DNA of 58,113 bases from Fistulifera solaris (taxonomy: Eukaryota): NCBI GenBank assembly GCA_030295235.1, contig AP026164.1:2480001-2538113 (forward strand), in the 5' to 3' direction. Below, piece by piece: positions 1 to 13,180 of this stretch. Within the stretch, counting starts at the first letter, position 1, and every line of letters starts with the position of its first letter. Below the pieces are notes generated by a model that ran no database searches, had not been told where the DNA came from, and worked only from the letters and a program-made list of their open reading frames with translations. Both the position numbers and the translations under genes were made by a program.

Positions 1-755
1 GAAAAGGAAGGAGTGAAAGTCAAAACGAAAGCAATTCGAACTTATCACATACACTTGAGATGTCTTCGTTCTGCTGCCTGCGGACAGCGGATGCGGAGCG
101 GGGACCGTGTGCCGTGTCCCGTAGAGGGACACGCCGATGCAGATTTTGCATTCTCGAGCAAGAAAGAGACTGCGCTTAAGAGTAGTTGGGACGGAAAATT
201 TGCGAAGACGATCTCTATTAGCGATGCCGGCGTGAATGGAAACAATGACAGTACACTTGATAGTCCGATAGACAAAGTTATTTAGCAGCGCCATTCTCCT
301 AAATATTTCACGGTATTCGGACTTCAACGGCAATCGCAAGCAGGGCACATTGAAAATTCAAAGATACAAAAGCTTATCGAGCATTTACTCTTCTACGAAC
401 TGTAGTATCCGAGTGGAAACTTGAAAAGATAGACTTCTTTTGCATTCGATAACCAGATGCCGATCCGTAGAAAGTATCACTAACACAGAAGCTTTTCTTC
501 CGTAAACAATCTAGCTATTAGCTATTCGCTTTGTTGAAAACCATTGCTGACAAGCTATGATCACGTCACCCCACAATTCTCCTCTTTTCGCAAAATCTGG
601 ATTCATCTTAAAATCAACTTGACGCAATAGAAACGACTCTACATCCTGGTTTGTTCTAGTTAACAATAGGTCAGGTATCAGGAACTAAAGGTAAAGGATA
701 GCAGAGCTTCTATACAGTTAAGATGTCTTGTCAGCTAATCCAAGATGTCGTTTAA

Positions 756-1880
756 CTACCTGCCATCGGTCTCTCGAAAGCGATTCGGTACGAAGCCAGT
801 TGGCTTGTATTCAAATTCTATTCCAACGCATTCTAATCTTTGGAAAGTGGCCAAGTTTTCGGGTGAGACTGCACAGTAATTGATGTTGACGTAGGACGGG
901 AGAAAGATCAGATCTAGCTCTGATTCGGGAAACTTGGCCGCGGGGCATTGATTCGGCTCTGTCGTGGAATTGCTCTGCGTTGGCACAAACGTGGATGACT
1001 GCGTTGTTGTGGGTGCCGATGTCAAGAACAAAAATTTAGACGGTGCGGGTGTCGGTTCTTCGATCCAGGATGGTGATGGTGATGGCGGTGCCGTTGTAGG
1101 TTGTATGGATGAATCCTCCACTAGTTCAGCTGAACTTTCTTCTTTCCTGCTGTCTGTGACCAATGGAGTCACAAAGACAAAGCCGATCATAACAAGTAGA
1201 CATGGAAGAAAATATATCGATTTTTGCCAATTGATCTTCTTTGATGGGTCGATAGGGCCGACAAGCTTTTGGTAAACTGTTGGGTCATAGGGAGGCTGTT
1301 TTTCCAAGTCAATCACCGAATCTACCGAATCATCGGTAACCATCGTCATCTTCAAGTCCAGTCCTGCCATATCCTTCTCAAATTGACGGAGAGGATCGTT
1401 GCTACTATCTTCATCTCCGTCAATACGTTTCTCATATAACTTTGAACGTCGTCCACCAAGTTGTTCTTTGTATTGCTGTATCGCTTTACCCTCTGTTGAG
1501 AGTGTGTCGTGTGTTGAATGACTCGAAAAAGTAAGTTCTTCATAGCAATTCTTGTCGACTGTCACTTCTCCGCAACTTTGACTGATTTCTCTGGCGTTGT
1601 GTAACAGAATGTGATCGGGATTCTCATAGCTTTGACTGCCAGATGCGATGTTTTGAGAGTGCAATTCTTTCGTAAATCTCGTGAGAGAACCTTTACGTTC
1701 TATGTTAGGATAAACGGCGGAGCTCCTTATCTCTTTTCTTGCGTTTTGTGCCTCGTTTTCCTTGGAAGAAATTGTTCCCCGGTTCTGGTTGTCGGGGTCG
1801 TCAAGAAGGGCTGTTAGCCGTGCGATTCCTGTTCGACTGGATTGCGACGGGGAAGGCGGTGGATCTATTCTTTGACGCAT
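756..1880 (-). CDS. Hypothetical single-pass membrane protein (disordered N-terminus, one TM helix, Pro/Thr/Ser-rich stalk); may continue in a further exon below 756
   Basis: 374-aa ORF with a hydrophobic helix SIYFLPCLLVMIGFVFVTPLV followed by PTTAPPSPSPS/PTPAPS repeats. The stop sits in an AG|GTAG donor-like context and an open stretch exists at ~684-515. Confidence 0.6.
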   Translation of the reverse strand: MRQRIDPPPSPSQSSRTGIARLTALLDDPDNQNRGTISSKENEAQNARKEIRSSAVYPNIERKGSLTRFTKELHSQNIASGSQSYENPDHILLHNAREISQSCGEVTVDKNCYEELTFSSHSTHDTLSTEGKAIQQYKEQLGGRRSKLYEKRIDGDEDSSNDPLRQFEKDMAGLDLKMTMVTDDSVDSVIDLEKQPPYDPTVYQKLVGPIDPSKKINWQKSIYFLPCLLVMIGFVFVTPLVTDSRKEESSAELVEDSSIQPTTAPPSPSPSWIEEPTPAPSKFLFLTSAPTTTQSSTFVPTQSNSTTEPNQCPAAKFPESELDLIFLPSYVNINYCAVSPENLATFQRLECVGIEFEYKPTGFVPNRFRETDGR

Positions 1881-2179
1881 AGAAATCTGCAGTTATGGAC
1901 AATTCTTGAGCTTGTTTGATGGATCGAATGAAACGTGTTTGGTCATCCTTGATAGAAGGCGGTTTTGTTATGATTGTTGGCCTCCCCGACAAAAAAAAAA
2001 GCCCAAAATGGGGAAAAAATGTCTAATTTGTACGTACGTCGTACGTTGTACGTTCCATGGAGGCCTCATCGCCAGGCCTGAATCAATCCTACATCCTACA
2101 CTAAACACTAAACACCCTTTAATAACTATATTAAGGTCCGAGATTTTCCCTAGGTTAAAGGATAACCTCTACCCCTAAC

Positions 2180-2455
2180 AACTGCAGGAAATTTATCGAC
2201 AGAGGGAGACCCGGATTTTGGTTTCTTTAATTGCGTACTTTGTAGTACCTGGTAATACGGAATACAAAGTATGCATTTTATTGCTGCGATGATTTACGAC
2301 GAGCTCATTGTTTAATTGTATTTACAGTCTTCTCAACCAAAACCTCCTTTGTTATCGACGTAGTTGAAAGCCTTAAAGGCTATTTGAAGAGGGCGGCTCC
2401 TTCGCAATACCTAAAGGGCACGACGTTTGCCCCGGAGGAAATTATGTGAGAGTGG
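2180..2455 (+). repeat. Copy of dispersed degenerate ~210-245 bp intergenic repeat family (one clear core, one weaker core)
   Basis: 2189-2207 AAATTTATCGACAGAGGGA is identical to 41031-41049 and is followed by ACCCGGAT. A second, weaker core acgtttgccccggaggaaattat lies at ~2423-2445. Confidence 0.65.
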
Positions 2456-2629
2456 ACTGTGACTTTCTTGTCTTAACAGTCTTGAATCATCGACTGTTAT
2501 CACCAAGAAATGGAGGGAATTCAACACTAAACCTTCCACAAGTTGCACCATTCTTTCATGATCGTTCGTTCACATGTACAAGAAATGAGTTGGATTCGAA
2601 ATGGGACTTTTTGACGAAGGCTGTTAGTC

Positions 2630-2630
<1 letters not shown>

Positions 2631-2676
<46 letters not shown>
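2631..2676. repeat. (AT)n microsatellite
   Basis: About 23 AT dinucleotides with one GT interruption. Confidence 0.95.
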
Positions 2677-3193
2677 GCATTCATTACAACATCGCCAATG
2701 AAAGGGATGAAACATGAATCATCGACAGTTGTACATCGTGCTCGGAAAAATCCGCTAATTGGTTTCTGTAGAGAGAGAGGGGAACGATCATAGTTCATAG
2801 TCGATAGGTGGAAAATTTCGATGGTTCATAAAGTAAACACATCCGGACGAATCATCATCGAAAGGCAATCTATATTTTTTAATTTCACTCATTTTCATAC
2901 CAACACGATGATTTCCAGACCAAGATAGTGCAGCATCTTTCAAACTGCTCTGAAGTTGCCGTAGATATAGAACCTTCGTCGTCGAGAAACTTTTGAATGT
3001 AGGTAGGGCAAAAAACCGCATCGCAAAAGTCACTTTTGTTGGGGACGTAAGATGCATTTTACAAGAAAATGAAAAACTGCCGATATAATAGCTCTTTTAG
3101 GTGACGAAGACCAACATCAGAAAAAATGACATGATTGGGATCAAACTTTCTTTTTACCATAAAGTGAATGGTTTTTATAACGTTCTTGCTCTT

Positions 3194-6102
3194 TTACTTC
3201 TTTTTGCGCCCACCTTTATTGCTTGTTGCTGCCGAAGTCGAAGCTAGCGCCTTTCCTTTACCGCGCCCTTTCGACTTGAACATCGCCTTGATTTTTTCTG
3301 CGTCTAATTCATCATCGTCCCCTCCATCCTCGTCTTCCTCGTCGACTTGATCATCGTCGATAGCGTCTGGGTCTTTGCTTTCCATGGCAGCAGCTCCATC
3401 TCCAGACCCTCGCTTTCTTCCCTTTCCCATTCTTCCTTGTTCCGCAACAAGAGCCTGACTCGAATGAGCCGTCTGGTTGTAGAGGCGAGTAAAGCTTGCT
3501 TTTTTCTTGCTACTCAAGTCGTTAAAAGTTGCTGCTTTACTGGAACTCAACATAAACTCGTCCAGTTTCTCAAACACATCATCTCGATCCAAACCATATT
3601 CATCCATAAAGTCAATAGCTGCTTGAGCATCGTCCGCTTGTAGCAACTGTAGAAGGCGTGTTCGCAACACTGGAAGATAAGATAATCGAGTTTCCGAGCC
3701 ACCACCACTGATACTATAGTTCAAGTGATGTTGAAGCTCTGACAGCAATCGATATTTCTTCCCTTTCGTACTGTTCCTTCCGAGCCACGACGTAAACTCG
3801 GGAAATCCAGGCAAAAAGCCACCATTTGGACCCGACGCATGAAATCCTGTTTTTACAATCAAACTAGAGCAAAGGGGCAGCAAGCTCCAGTTTTGACCGC
3901 CTCGTAATTGATTTTCCGCCAGATCATAATCGCTCAATGCCTCAGCAGCGTCCGACATTCGATGAAGAACCTCCAGTTGCGAAGCAGCGTTCTTGCGTTT
4001 GGCTTCGCCGAAAGGACCTTGTAGTACTTTCAAATAGTTTTGCTGTACAAGCAGGCCCGTAAAGCCATAATCAACAAAGAAAGCGTCATGTCTTCGGAAG
4101 AACGAGTCGCGTTCTTGCTCTGGCGTCGATCCGTTCAATCCCTGACGGCCTTCGAGCAGCTGTTTGGCAGCGTCAAACAGCGAAACGCGAAGAATATCAT
4201 CTTTATTAATATCATTTGCTCGCTCCTTCAAATCCTTGAACTTGAGGCTGTTGCCTTTTCGTGACCACATTTGCAAACAATTCAAGACCTGTCGAATATC
4301 GTTACCGCACGATTCTGCCAAAGCTTCCGCGGCATTTTGTTCAACATTCAGTCCTTCTTGTTGTCCAACCTGCACTGCTCGATTCGCAATCACATTTTTG
4401 GTCGGACGTCGGTACCTCAAGTCCAAGCAGTAGGGAATCAACGATTTGAGTTTTTGTGACTGACGATCGTTGCAAATACAAACGATGGGCACTTTGCTCT
4501 TCTTGATCATTTGAATCAACTCCGCCATCCCACTGCGATCACCAGCGCCCATTCCATCTACTTCGTCCATGATAATACACCGTTTCTTGGCCTGTGTCGT
4601 AAAGTCGATCGTCTGAGAACCTGTGATATCACCAAATACATTGGTTAACGCCTTTTGCTGCGAACATCGGATGCATTAAATTCCAGTACATCGCGACCAG
4701 CCTCTTTTGCTACCAGAGTTGCCGTAGTGGTTTCTGTGCACGTGGAGCGATTTGTGTTAGACATGTTTTGCCATGGAACTGCCATAGAATCATAGCTGTT
4801 CGCACGCAACCATACGTACTTCCAATACCGGGAGGCCCCGATAACAGCGCCGCCTTCCAAGGACCATTTGGTGCCGAAAAAGTCTTGTTGCTGTTCTGAG
4901 TTGTGTTAAATATACGCTCCCAGCTATTCAACCATTGCGTTAACTTCTTGACCGCATCCTGATTCCCCAAAATCTCTCGAGCGGATGTGGGTTTGTACTT
5001 GTCGACCCATAACATGGACGAAGTATCGCCCAGGACAGGCGCGACTGCCATCGTGGTAGTATTGCTCGTCACAGACGTCATTGCTGGAGCGGCTTTGCGT
5101 CCGTATGAGTTCGCTTTGGCCGTCGCGGCGTACGGATTCGATGCTTTCTTTGCGTACGGATTGACCTTGGTTGCTGCCGTCGCAGTAGAATAAGGATTGG
5201 ATGGAACCGATGGCGGCGCTGACACTAGCGTCGACGCCACGGCCGGTGCGACAACAGGACCGCACAAGTCGTGATAAGTTTGCAACAAACCATAAAACAG
5301 TTCCTCTCCTCGCACAATGACAACACTTTTCAATTCCATCGCCTTTTTGTATTTACTTCCCTGTTGATAATCTCTTCCATCCTCTAATACATTTCCGACG
5401 ACCAAATAATCTGTTTTACTCGACACGGCCGTGGTGACGCGTCCTCCAACGTTTTAACCAAATCTTGGGCCGCATCTCGTGATAGCTGTTCCAAAACACC
5501 CGAAAAGCAAAACGTCAAGGGCACATTGTCGCGCATCAAACATTGGGTATGTTGGAGACTCGGAGGCGTCGTGCGACGTACCGTAGGTTGTTCGAGTTTG
5601 CGCGGTGACTTCTTGGTTGTCGATGTAGTAGTAGTAGCAGCGCGGACCGGCGAGGCAGCCTTCTTCGTCGTTTCCGTTCGCGGCGTTGCTTCCGACTTGA
5701 TGGGTGTACGCGTACGCATCGATCGTTGAGGCGATGCTACTTTTGCTGGAAGTGGTGACTTTATCGGTGTTGTCAGTTTTTGACGACAGCTGTTTTCACC
5801 GCAACAACTTCGGTGACTTCCTCTTCGCTGCTGCTGCTGCTACTGCTGCTACTGCTATCGATAAGAATCTCGCGTTTGGCTTTTTTTCGATGACGAGGAT
5901 GAAGGTTCTTCGATCTTCTTTGTCGTGGTTTTAGAAAGAAATCGTCTGCCGAAACATCCAGGCGTTCCGTCGACTTGCGTTTCCGATTTCTTTCATCTTT
6001 GTTGTTGTTTGCGTTGTTGTCGCTTTTGGGAACAGCGGCAGCCGGGGTTGCCGTTGCGGCTTTCTTCTTTGGTTGAAAGAAAGAACGAATATCCATAGGC
6101 AT
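3194..6102 (-). CDS. RFC1: Replication factor C subunit 1 (BRCT + AAA+ ATPase + RFC1 C-terminal domain); intron 4734-4819; several apparent frameshift errors
   Basis: N-terminal MDIRSFF. BRCT-like TFCFSGVLEQLSRDAAQDLVKTL...SSKTDYLVVG. LWVDKYKP. Walker A GPPGIG|KTT is rebuilt across a GT-AG intron. EFNASDVR, Walker B IIMDEVDGM, and C-terminal KASFTRLYN are present. Confidence 0.95.
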
Positions 6103-7033
6103 GCTGGCGAAAAATTCACAACTCTACCTGGTATTCGTTTTCGAATATAAGGAGAAAATGAAGAAGAAAGGAGAAAGATAGTCTCCCTATAATAGATAAA
6201 AGATGCAATTGTAAATCAGAACGACAAAATGGCGCTGCGTCGTATCTCGCTCGTTTGCTCTAATTTTTTTGTCATTTTTTGCTCCGTGCCCTTTTTGAGC
6301 GAAACCAGCTAAGGTTAAAGGGAAAGACTTACTATCGAACTAAATGTACGCGACCTTCTTTCATGACTCAAGAGTTTTCAGTCCCGAAAAGTATTCGTCG
6401 CATCCATTTCATTGTAATAAATTACCAAACACGAAGCATAAAGTTTAGCAAGGAATATAATGGTTTAAGTTCGGAAAAATGATTAATCTTTACAAAAATG
6501 GAAATGTTGTTGCTGGTGTTAGACTTTCGTTGAGCGTCAAATCCATTTCGAGAAATGTTGACGTTGTCGGAAACTATTTGGGTTCCCTTTTTCTCGGTCC
6601 CGCTCGTTCACGAGCGGATGTGGCAACACGTGAGCTACCAGTGAGTCTTGCGAAACGAGAAACGAACGACGAATGACCAAATAATTCGTTCTTCCTTGTA
6701 TCTTGTGGAGATGACTCCTCAGATTTTCACGAGTAGCAGTTGGCTACTTTGCTGCTTTACTGGATAGCGACACCGGTACTTAACCACGATCTTTTGTTAG
6801 ATATTTACCAACTCGTGGGAAGGGCGCGGACAAACTGCGATACATGCAGTACAAAATGGAATGAGTGAGTGAGTGAGTGTGTGACCGGCGGAAAAAAAGT
6901 CCGGTGCAACAAGAGAGAGAACGACAACGTAGATTTCGTAGTGAATGCTCTCATCCTTTCGAGGTAAAAAAAAACAAACAAACAAATAAGGGCCACAAAC
7001 ATCAACATCACTTCACTAACACCATCCACAGAA

Positions 7034-10000
7034 ATGACTGACGCGAATGTATTGTCTTCCTCGCGAATACGAATGACGGATGACACTCCATCGGGGGCAA
7101 CGCATGTCGCGGGCGTGTATCACGAAGATGCCAATCACAATTCTTTGGTCGATATCGAGAGTTTCAGTAGCAGCGGCTCGAGCAGCAGTAGTAGTAGTGA
7201 TGACGATGATGACAGTACGAGCAGTAGTAGCAGTTCAGCGTCGTCCGATGATGATGTTGACGATGATGATTCATCGGAATCAACTCCGGGAGGAAGCAGT
7301 GTCGAAGATGAAGATGGTTGGGATACTGGTGCCGAATCAACCGATGATGATGACGATGATGACACAGCCGGAGCGATTGCCACCATTTCATCTCTCGGTC
7401 CGTCATCGACGGCTTCTTCGTTGTCGTCGTTTCCTCCTGCGCCGACGATGGAAGAAGTACAAGATACCTTTGTTGAGCCGCAGCCGTTCATAGGACGCCA
7501 TCAACTCAGTGAACGAGAGAAATACATGGAGGATGAATATGATGCACGACATCAACAGTATATAGAAGAACATGGGTCGATTGATCCATATCGAGAACAA
7601 TTCATGGAGCAACGTTTACTGAATGATATATATTACCAGCAACGACAAAATGTACAACCAGAACAATACACACCATTGCATCACGAGACATTCAAAGATG
7701 AAGAAGATCCGCTGGTGAATCCTTGGAGGTCACCCACCAAATCCAATACTGATACTATGCAAGATACCTGCGAAGATGAATTTGATTTCGACAAAGATGA
7801 TTGGCGGAAAAGTCGTATGCTCATTGTATTGCCGCGCATCATTGCGTGTACTTGTCTGGCCATTGTCGTCTTGATCATTGTTTTGATCTTTCTGATACGC
7901 GGCCAAAAAGCTTCGACTTTGCTACCGGTTCCGATCACACAGCCCGTCAATCAAACGGCGGCTCCCGTGATGCCTCTTCCGGAAACAGTGTCGCCTTCTG
8001 TGGCGCTGACGAGTGTTCCATCCATGATACCATCCATGGCGCCATCCATGATACCATCGGATGTTCCGACCATCATTCCTACATTGGCTCCGATTGCCGA
8101 TCCGTGGACTACTGATATCGAGAATTTAGAAACGGACGAAAGTGTTTCGTTTGAAACGTTTCAATATCAAGTCGATAGTTCCATCGATGGATCCACAATG
8201 GTCGTACTTTCACTCGATCAAGCGCAAAGCGCTGAAACCCTACAAGTCTACCGTTTGAAAGAGAATGTTTGGCAAGATATTGCCTTCACTGGTTCTGAGG
8301 CTGCGCGACGGCGTCTTCAACCAACGATACTGACACAATCTACCGTCGTTTTGTCGAATTCGGGTCGAGAGCTCCTGATTTCCAATCCAACTGGTACCAG
8401 CGTATATCGTTTGTATACAGGAAACGTGTGGATATCCAAAGGACAGAGTTTGAATAGCAGTGGAACCTTGTCGGGTGATGGAAAAATTATTGTGGCAGGT
8501 TCTTTGTTTTATACATGGAACGGAAGTGTATGGATCGAAGATCCAACTCGAGCCTGCCATTCCAAAATTTTGAGAAAATATCCTTGTCGTCCGACGGATC
8601 GGTTGTGGCAGCCATGTTGGCGGGATCAGTGCACGCTTTTCGGTGGGAAAATACTACGGGTCAGTGGGTCGAGAAAATCTTGTCCAATGCAGCAAATGAT
8701 TTTGCGTTATCCAGTGATGGAACAACAATTGTCGAAGCTGGTAGCGATGCTGCCACAGTATTTCGGTTTATGGGTGAGCACTGGGCAGTTGATGGATCCC
8801 TTATATCAGAAAGTTTCAATGAGGTGGCTATATCCGCCGATGGTTTCACGTTTGCGGGCGCTGCCGAATCTGGTTGGGCGCAGGTTTATGATTATGACAA
8901 TTCGAGCATGGAGTGGATCGAAACGGCTCCGACAAAAGTGGTCGCACCGAGCGGTAGTGGTATTTCGGGGATATCGATGTCCGGTAACGGACGGAGATTG
9001 GGCTTGGGAGTTGTCCCACGGTTTGAAACCGGGACTAGTTACATTTTAACATTGTCCAGAGAAGCTGAAGGACCAACGGCGGCTCCTACTGCTGCTCCTT
9101 CTTTCTTCGTTGAGACAGGGTGCAACGGACTGATAAGTCTCTGCGAAGCAAAAACAAATGAAGTCATGTTTGCTATTGCTAGAAAATCTCAGATCGCCAC
9201 TGCTGCGGATTACACTGTTGCCTTGAATGCAGGTGTTCGTGGTTTTGAATGGGAAATCACACCGGATGTTGACATTGCTACCCAAATCGGTGCGGCGATA
9301 TTCGAATTCGTCTATAACAATCCGAATGAAGTGTTGATACTTCAACTTCATCTCGGCCAAGTCGATCTTCCAACCTCTGAAACGCTGTTGGCAGGCATTA
9401 CGCACAACACCACCTTTGAGATTTTCGGAGAGTATTTTTACAAACATTCAACCACCGCTCCGTCATGGCCGACATTGGCTGAAATGGTTGCGACAAAGCG
9501 GCGTATTATTGTATTTGTAAACAGCAGCTCCAGCGAAATCTTTAACGACTGGAATCAGCACGTTACGGAAATCGTCAATCAGACAACATGCGACAATCAA
9601 AGTGCTAAGGATTTCGACGCCATTTACTTGAGCACAAATACTAGCGACGATGCAACCAACTCGCGCGATAATCTTTCAGATCTCGACAGCTATGTCACCG
9701 GATGCGAAAAGCCGAACTTCGTCTTGTTTGAGCATTTTGGCAGCAACGAGGCAGCTTCGGTAGTGGAAGCCGTTCAGAGGTACAACAACCAAATTGTTCA
9801 GACATCAATTGGGCCAACGTCTTTATCACCTTCTTTAGCTCCGAGCTTGAGTCCCCATCCAACCACCTCGTTTGCTCCATCGGACGTACCAACAGTTGTC
9901 CCTACTGCAAAGCCCAGCATATCGGCTTCACCGACGTTTGGGCCAACTCTGACCCTCCAACCAAGTATGACCGCCGGACCGACGACCTCCTCTTTTCTTC

Positions 10001-10194
10001 CAAGTACCTCTTTCTATCCCACCGGAACGTCATTTCCCACGGGAACATCCTTTCCCACCGGCTCTGTATTTCCTACTTACACTTTGGCATCCAGCGCTAC
10101 CAGTTTGCCTGCCACAAGGCCGGTTGCTACCGTAGCACCCACTGCCTCCCAAACAGCGTCCGGGACGAACATTTTCAATCGTCCCCCGGTGTAG
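7034..10194 (+). CDS. Single-pass membrane protein: acidic/Ser-rich N-terminus, TM helix, PT/PS stalk, beta-propeller-like repeats, degenerate PI-PLC-like phosphodiesterase domain, PT-rich tail (frameshift ~8550)
   Basis: ORFs 7034-9049 and 8515-10194 join. TM IIACTCLAIVVLIIVLIFLI. Repeated (L/I)SxDG blade motifs. CNGLISLC...LNAGVRGF...NNPNEVLILQL...WPTLAEMVATKRRIIVF resembles PLC-like phosphodiesterases. Confidence 0.7.
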
Positions 10195-11070
10195 TGCAAC
10201 AAACTTGATTGCCACTGCTGCTATCGGGCGATCGACAAGGAGACATGTAGGTAAATTGAATTTATAACATTAATGTAGCTATTTATCAAGTTGAACGTGC
10301 ACAAGAAATACGTTTGTAAGATTCCGTCCGACGGCGATTCAGTTTAGAGGTTGCTTCCTCAATTATTCCTAAGGTATAAATTACAAGAGAAGAACTAGCA
10401 GTGCAAGCGAAGAAGTAAAATATGGAAAAACGAAGTAAATCATCTTGAAAATTGATTCATAATATCTGACAGCCACGACTGAGTGTCATTCATGAGTTAT
10501 GTCGCGTTATTCATTCTTGTTTCGTAGAATTGTGTACTACGTACTGTCCACGAAGCCAAGAAGACCAGCCCAACACACTAAAAACCAGACAACTTGTTAG
10601 CCTATTGTACTGTCTAAGTGATTTCTTATTTTGCACATAGACGATTATTGAGTTTTCAAAATGGACAAGTACGATTTGTCAAAGGTAAGCCATAGTTCCG
10701 GTTCCACGAGCACTCTAAGGATTAATTACTGATCACTGGTGACGTTTATGTACAGAGGAGGTCCTATTCAGCGATAAAGGAATTAGACGTTTCACGATCT
10801 CGCGTCTGTTCTTGAATAGTAAATGGAAGAAGCTTTCTGTAGCTCCAGTACCAACAACCTCGTATCGATTTCTTTGCCGAACGGATGCTACCTGCGGTCC
10901 GCTCGTTCGCTTTTCGCTTCACAGTTGCGACGTTGTGCGACCCTCGTATTGAAATACCGTCGTTTCAGTAATACAATAAGTCAAAGCGCTTCATCAACCC
11001 GCACTACTGTTGTTGGTCGGTCTCATTTCTTTCTTTCCTTCTTTGATTCCTTTCTCATCGACAATCGAAC

Positions 11071-12223
11071 ATGAGCGACGACGAAGCACCTGGACACAAG
11101 CAAAAGGCTACGGTCGTCCGCAAGAAGACCATAACCAAGCGTGAGAAGAAGAAAATAGATGATGATGGCAAGCCGAAACGTCCATTGAGCGCTTATAATC
11201 TCTTCTTTCGTGATGAACGAGTCAAATGGAATGAAGAACAGGAAGCAGCTGGGGAGGTGTTGCATGCGAAAGGTGCGTTCGAATGTTTGTGTGCTGCTGC
11301 TGCGGACGTTTACTCGTAGCTGATAGATACTTCTCTCTACTGCTCTTCAAGAACGCTTTCTTGCTCTCGGAAGAGCCATGAGCGCTCGCTGGATGGTTCT
11401 CCCGGAAGCTGACAAGAAAGTCTACAAAGACGAAGCGGAAGCTGCCATGGAAAAGTACCGCGCCGAGATGGCTGCCTGGCAGTCGCAGCAGAAGGAGAAG
11501 CTCAAGGAGGCCAAGGTCAAAAAGCCGGCTGCCCAACCGGCTCCAGAGATCATGAACGCCAACCCGCGGGCGCAGCAGATGAATAATATTTCAGCTGCTG
11601 GTATGCAGCCAGCATTGAACCAGCAAGGGCTCAATCCGCAGTTGGGAGGCATGTTCAATCAAAACACACTCGGTATGCAGCAGCCTGGAATGGCGCAACT
11701 CCTTGGAGCAGGTGGTCTCGACCCCCAGATGCAGCAGCTCCTCATGAACAATCAAGCCATGCTAGGCGGTATGGGTATGGGAGGCATGGGAATGGGCGCC
11801 TTCAGTGGACTGGGAGGAATGGGTGGTCTTCAAGGCGCGAACATGAACATGGGTGGCTTTGGCCTGGCGGGTGGCAACGTGCAGTTGCCAGGAAGCAATG
11901 CCATGGGCATGTTCCAAAATGATCAGCTCGCACAGCTTCAGCTTCGTCAGCAGCAGTTGCAACAGCAGCAGCTTCAACAACAACTTCAGCAGCAACAATT
12001 TCAACAACAGCAGCTCCAGCAGCAGCAGCAGTTTGGGGGAATGTCGCAACAGCAGCACGGACTTCCGAACCAACAGCAACAGCCACAGTTCGGCGGCTTG
12101 CAACAGAATGGACTGAGTCCTCAGCTCGGGTCCATGGGTGGTGGCGATATGCAGCAACAACAGCTCTTGCAGGAATATTTGCGACAACAGCAGCTTCAGC
12201 AACAACAACAGCAGGGAATGTGA
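11071..12223 (+). CDS. HMG-box protein with Gly/Met-rich and poly-Gln C-terminus; intron 11273-11351
   Basis: KPKRPLSAYNLFFRDER. Splicing G|GTGCGT...TTCAAG| restores HAKERFLALGRAMSARWMVLPEADKKVYKDEAEAAMEKYRAEM in frame. Confidence 0.9.
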
Positions 12224-13180
12224 AAATGATTCTGTGATGTGCGTAAAAGCTGGAATCTTTCGTCTTTCATTTACTGAAACAGCATATAGTCGTGAAGGAA
12301 AAACCTTCCATTCAGCGGGAAGCAACTTGGTTATAAGCCCATGGTAATTTCTAAATTATATAAAGTGAACGCATGCGTAAGTTTTTGTTATTGTTTTACG
12401 AATGTTGACTTATTGGAACGGCGTTGCCGTGTAAAGCACTAATCCTCTATGAAGGGCAAAACAAGTCGATGATATGCAAATCAGTACGATGAAAAAGCAT
12501 CATTGTATCAGATTCTTGATTAACCGAAGCTCATGAATTGCAATAGAGCTATTCAATTTGAAATTGTAAGCAATCATTTGAAAGAAAGCCACTCGATTGT
12601 TGTAGAATCTAGCTATGCAAGCCGTCCGTGATCATAAACGCCTCCAAGTGTCATGAGGGCGGGGTAAGAGCGTGCGCCTCATCCATTAAGGCTTGTTCTT
12701 TTTTTAAAAGCTTGTTGTTTCTCGCAACTGCCTTTTTTAGTATTGCAAAGTGCCAAGGAACAAAAAAAGAGGGAGGACGAAGACGTGAAATCTTGCGAGC
12801 CGGCATGCGCGTTAGCTTGCCGGCGCGCGTACTGACTATATCCCACTGTCTATCTTGGCGACCTTTTCTATTCGAAAACTTTCCTTCTCAGTCCCAGGAT
12901 GATAGTTTCAAGTTTCAAGGCCTCGTACGTAGTACTGTAATCACGTGCTTATGATTTAAACGTGCTGTATATGTTTATAAAAGTATTTCTCAAGATTTTC
13001 GCTTTTTCCAACGGGCAATTTGGCCAAACGGCACAAGATCCGGCTTTGAAAGAAAACGTGCAGTGCGACAAACTGCGACGGAATCGCGATTCATTCATCA
13101 TTCCACTATCAACTCGATCAATTCTTATTTCCTTTCTAGAGAACATCACTGCGTGATTTGAACTATAACTGACAAGAAAA

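Noticed and set aside
2446..2798. ORFs with YIYIYI runs
   Set aside because: These are translations of the (AT)n microsatellite.
11762..12325. Leu-rich 187-aa antisense ORF
   Set aside because: It is the antisense shadow of the CAG/CAA poly-Gln tract.
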